From assembly GCA_010093705.1 (NCBI GenBank), contig MU006114.1, positions 248,001-286,841 of the forward strand: 38,841 nt of DNA. The letters run 5' to 3'. A program made the translations under genes and the position numbers. This DNA comes from Patellaria atrata CBS 101060. Lineage: Eukaryota. The notes beneath the pieces are model-generated. The model was not told the origin of the DNA. It worked only from the letters and a program-made list of their open reading frames with translations, and did not search any database. Shown here in pieces: positions 25,717 through 38,246 of the stretch (the stretch's first letter is position 1; each line of letters begins with the position of its first letter).

Positions 25717-27721
25717 ATGTTACATTACACTTATAGCAAATTTTTAGGACTGCTAAATCTAATTTCCACTCATATTCCTCAGTCTTTAACTTCCATTCCG
25801 TACCCAAAAACAGTTGACTCTAACATTAAATCATCACTATTGGCTCGCGATATAGGCCATCACGAAGTGCAACTTTATTATTCCAAGGAGGGTACTGCCT
25901 ATGTAAACGTCAGCATAGGAACACCTCCTCAGCATATGAGTCTGAGGCCTGACCTAACGACCAAGCATACTAGCGTCCCTGAGGAAAAAGATTTCTGCTT
26001 TAATGATTGCCCTCGGGGCATATATGATAGTAACCTGTCTAGAACTGCACAGGCCATTGAAATTGATGGGGGAGAAGGCTATTATGGAATGGTAGGCGTA
26101 GTAGGCTATTCTGACACATACAGTATCGGCGATACCACACTCAACAACCAACAGTTTTTTACCAGATATCAATTGGGTACAAGGAGCAAATTCTCTATTG
26201 ATATAGATTCACTAGGAACGCTGGGTTTATATCCATTGGTGGTGCAGAACTCATCTCAATTTTTGGAAATACTTGGCACCTCTAATGAAACCGGTCTCAT
26301 TGGTGTCTTGGGTGGTATTGTCGGCTCTGGAATGTTGACTACGCCATCGTACAGCATCTGGCTAAATGAACCTAAGACCTCTGCTGGATCTGTCATTTTT
26401 GGAGGTTTGGATACAGAAAAATACGACGGTCGTCTGCACGCTCTCCCAACATTAGAACTAGAAAGCTTTGATTCAAGATCTTGTGGTCGGTTATGTAGGA
26501 TCATGATTAGTATGGGACCACCACATCTTGAGAATCCCACGAATGAACCCATTGTGAGGGTCGGCCCTAGTCCCACGACAAAAGACACGATTCAATTACG
26601 AATTGATCCCGCAGAGCCGTATTCTGCGTTACCTGCTACCAATGTTCAGGACCTTTTCATAAAGCTGAATGGATATATAAACAATCAGCGTAGTGAGTTA
26701 TCTCTGATTTAATGTTCGAGACATTTTCATAGAGCTGATAGGTCATGTAGATATGGAGATGGATGAGCTATCTCCGATTTATTGCGAGGTTCCGACGTTA
26801 TTTCAAAATTGGAGCTTGGGAATGGATCTCATAGGCGGGATTTCACTTAGAATCCCCCTTAGTGACATTGTAATCGCATCAGATGAAAGATCAAACCTGA
26901 TTAATGATGAGCAATCTGAACCCGGGGTGTGTGCCCTTGGGATTATCCCAACATTAGGCGCCGATTATTATCTTGGTTCCAATATACTTCGGTACATGTA
27001 TATGTCTTTCGACCACCGAGCAGAGAGCTCCCGTCTCTTTGTCGCACCAGCGCGTGTTGGTACGCAGAGATCTAATATACTCCCGATTTCCGATACTGTT
27101 TGGAGAGAAGTATCGGATAACCCAGACGAATATTTGTCGGTGGTAAACGAAACGGATTCAACGTCTGATTCTCCTCCTCAGGACAACCGTATTCCACCCG
27201 ACGATACCATTCCAACCGACGATCGTATTCCAACCGACGATCATTTTCCAACTCCCGATCTCAGTCGCAAAGGAATTACAGGAGTGTCAGTTGGCGTCGC
27301 GGCTGCCGCGGTCATAATCGCCCTTGGATTGGGATATTTCATCCGGCGGAGGCGAAACAAGCGCACTACTAAGGATGCCGAAGCAGAGGAATGGTCGAAA
27401 CCAGAGTTGGAATCTAATAACCCAAAATCAATGCGGGTTGAGTTCCCAGGCGAATCCCATCAGATACCAGCAGAAATGTGGGCCCCACTCCACGGAGTGC
27501 AAGAGTTGCTAGGATCCATTCCTAAGGTTCACGAGATTGGCGACTCGAATCTGGATGGTGAGCGTAATTCGAGCGATAGTTCAGCGGCGGAAAGGACGGC
27601 AGCACTCCATGTGATTCAGGAGCTACCGGGGAAGATGCCTGAGAGTCATGAGATTGGTGCTATGGAGCGGGATGTAAAATGTAATTCGAGTAATAGATCT
27701 GTTAGTGCTGAGGGGAGTTAG
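25717..27721 (+). CDS. Yapsin-like aspartic-protease-fold (A1) protein with degenerate catalytic motifs, a single TM helix and a cytoplasmic tail; exons 25717-26692, 26751-27721
   Basis: YVNVSIGTPPQ, SYSIWLN..GSVIFGGLDTEKYDG.L, CALGI, YLGSNILRYMY..FD; TM GVSVGVAAAAVIIALGLGYFI followed by RRRR. Intron GTGAGT..CTGAT..TAG joins the two ORF-track ORFs in frame. Confidence 0.85.
27182..27253 (+). repeat. 4 x 18-nt tandem repeat (DNRIPP/DDTIPT/DDRIPT/DDHFPT) in the juxtamembrane stalk
   Basis: gacaaccgtattccaccc gacgataccattccaacc gacgatcgtattccaacc gacgatcattttccaact. Confidence 0.85.
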
Positions 27722-28604
27722 GATTGGCGAGATTATCTTGGAACAGGAGGGATTGTGGAAATGTTAAACAGGGGATAATCAAGGCTCAGGTTGAAGGGTG
27801 TGCTATCACCATATATTAGAAAGGAACAATCTTTAATGCTCTACGTCAATTATCGCAGTCTCAAATACCACCTTAGCGCTGCTTATAAGATTGAGTTCTA
27901 ATTAGGTGTTTCGATATTATAGAGCACGGTAAAGAGCTTAATCTATAACTTTTATTAGGTTTAGGGGACTATTTTTTGAGTGATTCGAGTTCTTTTCGGC
28001 TGTTCCACCAGAATCCCCGGGCTGACTAAGATACAAGCACAGTTTTGATGGTTCTAAAGCCTTTTGTCACCACTCTACTCCGATAAAACCGACAGATGTT
28101 TGTCTCAAGCCATGAAGCTCTCGTTGACCGTGAGATAGAAAGTCCTCACTAAGTACTCTGTATCGGATCACGGACATTATATCATCTAATATTGAGAAAT
28201 AGTAGAGGAGTCGTGGGCTGTATGCCCTAAGTTTATCATTACAGTATGGTATAACGAATCTGACCACAAGGATCTTCAAATTACCAAATAGGTGAGGTAT
28301 GTTTGCTCGTTGTCGCCATTTCCCCCTTGATATCCAGCTTTAGAATGATCTACAATGCACGGCATAGAACGAGGCAGATCGCGAGCCTTGCAACACTCTT
28401 CATCAGCTTTGCTCTTGTCTTCCACCGGGTTGCCACTAATATGATACATCTCTGGTCTTTCCATTTCCCTTAGTCTTTTCCATTGACCTTTTCATTTGAC
28501 CTTTCTTTTTGGCATAGTTGTTCATATAAGTCCTTGATTTTTCGTGGTGTTTCTACTTCTCCTATCGATTTTTCTACTTCTCCTCTAGGTATCGTCCAAT
28601 CTGC

Positions 28605-30305
28605 ATGGACCTGCTTAGTATCACAGGTACCTCGGGCATCGTTACCGTTCTTCATCTCTTAGGCAACGTGCTCGGGTACCTAAACGACGTTAAGGATGCC
28701 TCTAAGGAGCGTGCACAATGTACGATCGAGGCTGCAAACCTGAACAGCCTTCTCACTACTCTTGGATTTCACCTCGAAGAGGGAGGCTCTAGCACACAGT
28801 GGTACACCACACTCCGGACCCTTGGGATCAAGAATGGACCGCTTGATCAGTTCAATCAAGCCCTAGAGGAGTTGCAGATACGGATGACAGGCAGCAAGAA
28901 GAAGGTGACCGATAAGCTCGTATGGAAGATTAAGAAAGAGGAGATTACTAGCATTCTGAGCAGAATGGAAAGTCTAAAGACATTGTTGTAGGTCGCTTTG
29001 CAGATGGATCAACTGTTAGTCTCTTTCATACCCCTTCGGTACATGAGAGAATAAGTCTGCTGAGATGTCGAAGTAAATTGTCTTAAGCGATTAAAGAATA
29101 TGTCGATATAATGCATAGTAACACTAAAGCAATAAAGGACGACACTAGCGCCCTCAGGGCACATATTTCCACAATCGAGTCTGGGTTCGGTGGCATACCA
29201 CGCAAGAATACCTTGAGCACATTATGATAGTATGGAACCCAAGTGCGCCGCTAGACATTGCTTCAACATGTCTTACTCACCTCTCTTTTGATGCGTTTAA
29301 AGGTGGCAGCTGTTTTACCCGCGAAGAGTTTAAGAAGAGGGTCCTACAGAATCCCTTACTAGTTTATGCTGCGACCTACTGGGCATATCACTCAATGTTA
29401 GTTCAAGACAAGGTGTACGAGCTAGCTGTTCGTTTCTCAATTTTGGATCGGCTTCAAGTTCTGCGCAGGTAATGGCGGAGGTAATGTCTGAATCTAGGTC
29501 TAGTTATTCCTAAGCACGATATCTTTTAGAGATAACAGGTTTGCACCTTACGCCAGGACTAGGGTTGTTTGGTTTGTCACAAGAGCTCTTACGCAGACTA
29601 GAAACAGAAATTTCAGTTTCTGTCAACAAAAAGGACAGCAACGGCCGGACTCCGTTATTCTTTGCGATAGACCGTGGGCACGACGATATTGTTCAGCTGC
29701 TCTTGGAAAAAGGCGCCGACGTCAACGAGAATGCTCAATGTTACGACAACAACAGGCCACTCTACCTAGCCTCAAGAAAGGGTCACGACCAGATCGTGAA
29801 GCTATTATTGGAACATGGCGCCGACGTTAATGCGAGGGGTGGACAGTACGATAACGCGCTTCAGATTGCTTCAACAAACGGCCGTGAAAGGGTTATGAAA
29901 GTATTACTGGATCAAGGCGCTGACGTGAACGCACAGGGTGGATGGTACTATTACACACTCCAGGCGGCCTCAGCCAACGGCTACGAGCAGATTGTGAAGC
30001 TATTACTGGATCAGGGCGCCGATGTTAACGTGCAAGGTGGACTGTACGGTAACGCACTTAAGGCAGCTTCAGCACATGGCCATAAGGAGATTGTTAAACT
30101 CTGACTAGATAGAGGTGCTGACGTAAATGTATAGGGTGGACGGTACGGTAACGCACTTCTAGATAGCTTTAGGAATAGCGCATGAGCAGGTTATAAAGCT
30201 ATTACAGACAACCGACTGAACTTAACACGCACTGTGGTTTCTACGGTATGGCGCTCTATGCTCCAGTAAGGCATATTGTGAAGCTGCTACTAGATAAGGG
30301 CACCA
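28605..30305 (+). pseudogene. Fungal NLR-like (STAND N-terminal domain + ankyrin repeats) pseudogene lacking the NACHT domain
   Basis: N-terminal MDLLSITGTSGIVTVLHL..YLNDVKDASKER..L.WKIKKEEI..ILSRME.LK resembles fungal STAND N-terminal domains. Intron 29015-29073. Post-NACHT helical motif TTQEYL..DIASTCLTHLSF..YAATYWAYH, then ankyrin repeats. In-frame stops at 28989, 29084, 29511, 30102 and 30132, plus frameshifts. Confidence 0.88.
29620..30305 (+). repeat. Ankyrin-repeat array, about 99-nt period, decaying towards the 3' end
   Basis: GADVN codons recur at about 29712, 29817, 29916, 30015 and 30114. Confidence 0.9.
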
Positions 30306-30950
30306 CGCATTCGCCTGTCACAGATCCGAAGTTTGTCACATATCCGCATATCTGCGTCTAATACACGTACACAAGCGCCACTGTAAGCGGGCAAGAGGTT
30401 CCAAGCAATACAGCTGGGTAGACCTTCAAGACAACTCAACTGAGATAGGAGCTAAGACGCGGAGATTTTCGGTGGAGGCTCACCAGCGGGAGGAAAAAAT
30501 TGCAGTTCATATGTGAGGATCGTACTAGTTGTACCAAAGAAGGGCCGCTGGCTGGTCAAGGAAACCTAATGATTGACGTATAGGGTCTGATGTTGTCCCT
30601 GGAAACCTCTACTTAAGCAAGTCCCTAGTAGGAGCGAGTATGTTTCGTGAAGAATGAGGGGTAATATGATCTTAAAGTTGTAACACTTCAGGTGGGGTGG
30701 GAAGAGACGCGAGAGTGGATGGTACGATGGACATCATATAGGTTTCTTCGTGTTTTGTGTGGAGTAAGGATGGGGGTATGCGGGTTAAGTAGTGAATCCG
30801 ACACAGCCGTCTACGTCACAGAAAGCAAAGCGTCTCTATCCCGCATCAGGAAACTTGACCGTAATGATTTGAATATCAATAACTGTACACTTACCGTATC
30901 CTCATCAGTCATACCAAAGGAACCGAAAAATTTTCGTACAAGCCATCCCG

Positions 30951-33900
30951 TTATATCCCCACTTCTCCCAGTCCTCTTTCTTTAACCGTACCCTTAACCC
31001 CCTCTACCACTCTCTCTACCGCACCTTTCCATATCTCCCTCTCTCTCTTATTGACTTCCTCTCCGGCCTCCTTCAACCCTTCCTCAACAACCCATCTGAC
31101 CCATCTCGCGACCATAACGGCTTTACTCATATTCCTCTCCTCCAGAACCACTTTCTTCAGATAACTCGCTAACGCGCCTACATCTTCAGGATACGGACCC
31201 TCGGTCCTAAACTCATCCCACCACGCCCTCACCGCACCCCTCAGATCCTCGATCTTAGAAAGCTTCTGCGTCGTGAAGGACGGCGGAGGGGGTCGGGGCG
31301 GGAGTTTGAGAGTGCGCTCGGGTGCTTGCTGCGGTTCTCCTTCTTCCAGGATAGATGGATTTACAGGAACTGGTTTGGTGGAACGGGCGTTGGGATTGTA
31401 CGCGATGCCCGCGTTCTTCTTGAGCCGGGCGCGCCGTTGCTCCTCTAAAACCTCGCGGCGGATATCTTCTGGTAGCGCGGCTAGGAACTCTGCTTCGACA
31501 TCCATCGGCGCGGTGTCCGATTCCGTACCACTGCCTGTGCCGCTGCCGGTGCCGCGGCTTGCTGGCCGATTGAGGATGAAGCTGGACTGAGTGAGGGTGG
31601 AGTTTGAGTCGAGCACTTTGGGCGGACGGCCGCGGCCGCGGGGCTTCGTGGGGCGGACGGCGGTGGTGAGGAGGTTCTTTGGTAGTATGCGGTCTTTACG
31701 AGGTGATTGTGGGAGGAGCGTTTGTCGCCTTCTTGAGGGTGATATGGTGTATGCGGCTAGAATCTCGGAGCGAACGTCGTCAGGGAGGGCGTTGAGGGTT
31801 TCGGTATCGAGCTGAGATTGGTTGGGGAGAAGGTTGAGGACATGGTGCTCGGGGATGGAGGGTTTGGAGAGTAAAGGAGAAGATGGTAAGCTTTTTTCTT
31901 GTGGAGGGGCGTACTGTTTTGTGAGTTTTGCCCTGATGTCTTCAGGGAGCTCGGCTAGGACTTTGGGGTCAACTTGGGTGGGAAGCATGAATTGTGTGCC
32001 TAGAGTGTTTAAAGGTCGCTTGCTTGGACTGCTAGACGCAAGTTGATTGGAACCAAAAGTGACTTCATTAGGTGCAGCTTTTGGTTTCTTAGGAGTCTGA
32101 ATCTCGTCTGGGTTCGCGTCTTCAACTGGATTATCCTTCAATCTCGAACTCATTGTCTTGAATGGAAGCCGTTTCTGGCTGCTTTCGGATTGACCATCAA
32201 CAGTTAATTTCATGGGTTCAAGTTTCGTCATTTGTATCCCGATGCCCCTAAGCTCTCCTGGAGTGATTCCAAAGCCTTTCAACATCGATAGAGCTTCTCT
32301 CATGATCGCAGCATCATCATTTGTAGATACTCCTAGTGCAACGCTCTTGTTGTAGGTATCACATTTTCCATGGCCTAGGTGTTTTGGAGGATCGAGGGGA
32401 GCATCTGCTGATCGCTTCATTATCTTCATCGTAAGCTGCTTCCCTTTGACCCCTTCCTTCAATAGTCTTCGCCGTAATTCGCCCGATAGACTTTGTATGA
32501 ATTCGTCGACCTGCTCATGGTTCTCAAATCGTACGCCCCAATTGACCTCGACAGAGACTGACTTGCGAACAATTTGGTCGCCAACTTCTGTCCTATCAAT
32601 GCCACGAGCATATTCCCACAGCTTTTCTCCAGTTTTCGGCCCAAGTTTGGTAACAAGCTTCTCCTTGGAAACCTCACGTATGTCTTTAATAAACTTGATT
32701 CCAAGTTCTTCTAATTTTCCCCCTATGCTGTACGCTACCCCTGGTAGATTTTGCACCTCAAGTTCGCCTATGAAACTAAGTACCTCATCCGGCTTTATCT
32801 GGTACTGTCCGGCTGGTTTGGCTTTTCTGAGGGCAACCTTAGCTAAAAGAATATTTCCACCAATACCGACAGAGACATCACAGCCAGTTTTCTGCTTGAC
32901 GTCTTTCCTAAGTTCCTTTGCAAGGGCATCTGCTTTTGCTTGTTCCCGATATATGCTCCCTTCGCTTGGTCGTTTACCATCCGAACCCCCTTCCGCGATG
33001 CAAATATTTGAAACATCTATAAGAGCCTCATCAACACTGACACTCTGTACAAGGCCTCTAGTGTCGATGATGGAGGAATAAAACGCACGACTCGCTTCCT
33101 CATATGCAGGAAAATCATATGGTAAGATTTTCAGATCTGGACACAGTTCACGTGCAGCTTTCATCCACATCCCATTCTTGATACCAAACTTTCTTGCAGG
33201 GTAATTACAACTTGCAATTTCTGAACCGGTTCCTTGACTATGAGCAACGACTGCGGGTTTGTCTTGATACTGAGGGTATTTTTTCAGGGATACAGTTGCA
33301 AAGAAGCTATCAAAATCCACATGTAGGATGTATCGCCTCGCACCTGGCGCTCTCTTTTGCTTTGCTTTTTGAGAAGATGATTTTTCGGCAGCCATAGCCT
33401 GGAGTTCGGATTTTAAGTCTGCTTTCCACGTTGAGAGGTGATGTAGACGCGATTCCCGATAATACTGTTCTAGAAAGTCCGGGTTCACCACAGACGACTT
33501 CCGTATCCGGGGATCGGACAACAAGATTGCATTATGTTTCTCTGCGGTAAGTTTCGGCAGTTTCGAGGGTGGTTCTGCCCCATCATCTAGATGTCGTTTC
33601 AGACTATGGGACTCACCTTCTGGACTATGTTCAGTCTCAGTCGGTTTCGTAATTTTATCGTCAGCTGGACTTGTGACAGGCGGGGTCTCTAAGGCCTGTC
33701 GGGTCGGGGAATGCATGTGCTCGTTCTCTACCTCAAAATCAGGGTCATAATCATCATCAGCATCCTCTTCCGTGATGTGACCCGGACTGGGAGCGTCCAA
33801 GGTATCATTATCAGCTTCTGGAGAAAGCGGTCGCTTCTTCAGGAAAGGGATCGGGTAAGGAGAAGGAATACTTTGCCCTAATTGACTCGTATACCAGCTA

Positions 33901-34499
33901 CTGTCCGTTTGATCGCGATAGCCTCTCTTCTGCGCACTCTTCTCACTCACAACCTTACCCCCATCGAATCCAAGGACGCGTTGACCAGCCCCCTCATCAA
34001 TCACACGGTAACTGTTCCAGGGTAACAGACGTCCTACATTGACGCTGTCCACAATCCATGCCGGCTTCACGATACGATATTTTCTGAATTCAACGGCCTT
34101 TTTAGGGGTCAAACTACTCGCGATGATGTGGGTAACGGCCGTCTTGCCCTCGAGATACTGTAGGAAGCCTCCTCCATGGCTGACAATCAATTTGTGAAGA
34201 TCGTTTAGCGAAGGCTGAGTGTAACCGTTAACGTGGGCGACGATACCGCGGAATATTGGAGGATTTTCCGTCGATTTGGATCGTATTTCTGCGTCAAGAT
34301 TTTGGAGTTTAATCTGTTTACGTCGAAAGTAATCGCCAAAGCCCCCAAACTTGGAACCTGAATACTCTTCACCTTCCTCATCATTGAACGTATCTAGATT
34401 CATGATCAGTAAGCTCCAATAGCATAATCGACATTATAACGTACGGTTCTCGATGCGCTTCCGCACTGCGCTCGAATTTGCCTCCAGTCTCGAACCCAT
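30951..34499 (-). CDS. REV1: Translesion deoxycytidyl transferase Rev1 (Y-family polymerase); exons 34499-34445, 34393-30951
   Basis: Spliced N-terminus MGSRLEANSSAVRKRIENHTF, BRCT (IFRGIVAHVNGYTQP..VKPAWIVDSV), SRLHHLS, HVDFDSFF, SCNYPARKFGIKNGM, SVDEA, UBM-like LAELPEDIR / LNALPDDVR / LAALPEDIR, and a C-terminal helical domain. Confidence 0.97.
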
Positions 34500-34653
34500 G
34501 ACGGCGTTGATGAATTATTGTCACAGCATTGTGAGGGACGGGACTAGAACACATCTCCTGCTCTTGAAAGTGTCTATCATTAACGCTGAAGATGGCACTT
34601 CATGAATATCGTTTGTTCTTCATCTCTGATCGCGTGTAATGGGAAGACGGGTT

Positions 34654-34675
34654 TTGACGTGCCTTTGACGTGCCC
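34654..34675 (+). promoter_or_regulatory. Perfect 11-bp tandem repeat TTTGACGTGCC x2 in the divergent REV1/FPR4 promoter
   Basis: tttgacgtgcctttgacgtgcc; contains TGACGT (ATF/CREB-like) cores; function inferred. Confidence 0.45.
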
Positions 34676-35058
34676 CTCTTGCTCGCGGTGTCATCTGTGC
34701 CAAGAGACGCCCGCTCGCCCTTCTTAACGTCGGCTGTTTAGGCGGTCACTCTGGGGACCAATGACCAAACATTAGGCGGTTAAGTTTGGTGTTCTGCCAA
34801 ACCGCCGAGATTTCTAGTCTATCCGCCCGCAAAAAGTTCGAGGTCCAAGCTCGATAAGTAAAGAGAACTTCTTCGACCCATCCACCGCCAACCTCAATCC
34901 CCAACTTTTTCCTTTACTACTTTCGTCTTTCCCTGGGGATTTTAAATTTACGATTGTACCAAGGGAATTACCACTCCTAAATCGTACCGTTTGGTACCAA
35001 TATATCCTTATAGACATTGAAGTGTTTACTATACGCAGCTTCGAAAAAATACTTCACG

Positions 35059-36790
35059 ATGCTTCCAGTCGCTCTATATGGTCTCAAAGTCACCGCAGAC
35101 GGGATTCCTATCCCGGCTGTGGTGGACTTTCCTGCCACTGTAAGTATTCCTGTATTTCCAGATCTAAAATGAAATTTCTTTGCTATGTCTCTCCAATATG
35201 TTGAGATTCCAAGCTCAAGCGCAGCGCATATGGTCGCAACATGTACTGATAACGTCAAATAGTTTCGCATTACCATGGCTGCTATCGATCCTACTGCGCC
35301 TCCTAAAGATCAGGATGGTACTCCCGGACCTCCTCGCGCTACCCTCAAACTCATTCGTGAGCAAGGATATCCACCATTCCTTGACGATGAGGACGAAGAA
35401 TCTGGATCAGACGGCGATGACGTTGACTCTATTAGACGTCGCCTCATGGGTGCAATTTCAGATGATGAAGATGAATCTGAAGATGATGAGGATGTCAATG
35501 GAGGACCAAGTGATCCTGCCAAATCTAAGAGAGCTCGTGCTGAAGCTTTAGTAAAGAAGCTACTCGAAGGTGCCGAAGGAGATGACGATGAAGAAATGGA
35601 TGATGCTCCCAATGGCGTAAATGGTACTAAGGTGAACAAGGGCAAGGCTAAAGCGGTTGATGACGACGATGAATCCATCTCAGACATTGAGGATGACATG
35701 GAGGATGGTGTTGAAGAATTCGTCATTTGCACCTTGGACCCAGAGAAGGTGAGTCTTTCGCATCAACCATGCTCAGATTGATTGAATTATCACTAATATC
35801 GATACTAGCATTATCAACAAACTCTTGATATCACTATTACAGAGAAGGAGAATGTATATTTCGCTGTGCAAGGCACTCACGACATTTACCTTACTGGCAA
35901 CTACGTTATCCCCCCTCACGACCTTGGTGAGGAAGAAAGTGATGAGGAGGATGAGCTCGATTACGACCTTGAGCCGGATTCAGATGAGCTTGATTACGAT
36001 GAAGAGTCCGAGGAGGACGAACTTGATGGCTTAGAAGATCCCAGGGTTACTGAAGTTGATACTGATGAGGAAGCTCCCAATCTTGTCATCGCCGCTGAGA
36101 AGAAGGGCAAGAACAAGCGTGCCGCAGAAGATGATCTCGACACACTGATCAGCAAGTCTTTGAAGCCGGAACCTAAGACCAATGGCGAAGAAAAGTTGAG
36201 TAAGAAGCAACTGAAGAAGCAAAAAAACAATGAAGGCCAAGCAGTTCCTACCAAGAGTGAAGAGAAACCGATCGAAAAGAAGGCAGAGACCAAGGCTGAT
36301 AAGAAAGCTGAAACGAAAGACCAGAAGAAAGTCCAGTTTGCAAAGAATCTGGAGCAAGGTCCAACTGGCTCGCCGAAGGTTGGGAAGGAAAACAAGACTG
36401 GACTCGGCGTGAAGATGGTTCAAGGCGTCAAGGTAGATGAGAAGAAGCTTGGATCTGGTCGCGCGGCGAGGAAGGGTGATAAAGTATCTATGAGGTACAT
36501 CGGCAAACTTCACCCCAGCGGAAAGCAGTTTGATGGTGAGTCTGGTGTCTGACCCTAAAAGTTCTTAACTAATGATTATTGCAGCCAACAAGAAGGGTAA
36601 ACCATTCATGTTTACAATTGGCAAGGGCGAGGTCATTAAGGGCTGGGATATTGGTGTTGAAGGTATGGCACCTGGTGGTGAACGTCGCATCACTATTCCT
36701 CCCACCCTCGGATACGGCTCCAAATCGATCCCAGATATTCCTGCCAACTCTACCCTCGAGTTCGACATCAAGCTCCTAGGCATCCACTAG
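35059..36790 (+). CDS. FPR4: Nucleolar FKBP-type peptidyl-prolyl isomerase / nucleoplasmin-like histone chaperone (Fpr3/Fpr4); exons 35059-35139, 35263-35748, 35809-36535, 36585-36790
   Basis: [55 protein letters not shown] (NPL domain), acidic and Lys-rich tracts, FKBP domain [43 protein letters not shown]. Confidence 0.95.
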
Positions 36791-38246
36791 ACGTGTTCAT
36801 AGCGTCGTTCTAGTCACCGTTCAGACGCATGTTCATCTTTCGCACACAAAACAATCTCCCTCCCACTCATCTGTAAAATCAAAATCTCACCACTCCTGCG
36901 CGATTAGGTCCGTGCAGATTGTCTTCGGGGCGACCTGTGAGTCGGCTGCATATCATTTTCCTTTTCTCTTTCGGTATTTTTCTCTTTCCTTGTTTATTCT
37001 ATTATTTTATGGACGCCTCACTGTATGAGATATCCGACTTGCATAGCACCCGTGTTACGTGACCATAGATTTGGGAGGACCGATATACCCAGGGTGAAAT
37101 TGCAGGGATGAGGATTTCTCTCCTTTCCCTGATCTGTTCTGCCACTTTTCTCTTGCTCATTCTTTTCACACCAAAAGTTATGGCGTCGACGGGTCTGTGC
37201 ATAGCATTATCTGTGTAGTTAGTCGGGCTGGATAATGAAAGTGGGGTTACCATAGTCGTCCTCGGCATGGATATGTGATGTGGTGAATGATTGTATCAGC
37301 TCTTCCTTTATGGGATCTCTACTTTACTGAACCGTTACGAAGGTCAACCCCTACGGTATAGACTATGCTCTACAGTAAGTATACAGTAAGTAGATAGTAT
37401 CTGTGATTGGGTTTGTATAGTCAACCGTCCTACACGCGCTATCAGCCTTACCCGTACAGAACAACCCTATGCTAACTAATAACATTAACGATCGAGACCG
37501 GAAAGAAGGAGAAGATATATGAGTATGGAGTATATATCGGTCTAGGGGATCCTTAACCTCACTCCAGCATGAGACTCCAATTAGGATGGGATAGCGGGGC
37601 AGATAAGGAAGCTTACCTTAAGTGCTCAACGGCTTATGGGGCGATCCGTCCGGGAGGGGCATTAGATGCCGCGTGATTGCTCTTACACCTAACAAATACC
37701 ATTAAGACGTGGCCGAGGGCATCGTGACTGGATTTGCTTTGACCGCTAATTATTAATGTCTAACATCTCCTCATCTTACAGGTGTATATATCGTCCTACC
37801 CCTCCCTAAACATCTTTCAGACTTCTTGAATCTCTGCCTACAATTCTCTTCGCTTGCTCTGGGAGTAAACATCAAAGGACGTTGGACTTAAGCATCCCAT
37901 CATATTAGCCCCGTCGAACTGCTCCGCATTAGGAATTTGTAGGCGTTCTTATCGGGATCCTTATCGGCGGCCCACCGGAGCGATTCCGTGGTCTTGCAAC
38001 ACGTCACAACGCGACCAAAGAGTGTACAGTATCGGATTCTTACCTTAAGACCTCTAGGAGGCGATACAGAGGGCTGAACTCTCGCGACTATATAAATTTA
38101 CCTCCCATTTGTTTTCCGAAAGACCATCAATAATCCATTGGGATTCAAATAGTTCTAAACGAGGGGCCTTTCCATTGACTCACCAACCCATTCCCGGGAA
38201 CTCCACCATCACCATCTCCACATCCACAACGAAATAGCACCTACCT

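Noticed and set aside
29620..30305. CRISPR-like or non-coding tandem array
   Set aside because: The 99-nt periodicity is coding ankyrin repeats in a eukaryotic context.
30455..30490. RNase P RNA CR-I-like string (ggagattttcggtgg)
   Set aside because: Poor match to GGGAAATTCGGTG and no complementary CR-V element found downstream.
35140..35262. Intronic snoRNA in the longer (123-nt) first intron of FPR4
   Set aside because: No RTGATGA C box; the CTGA present is the branch site.
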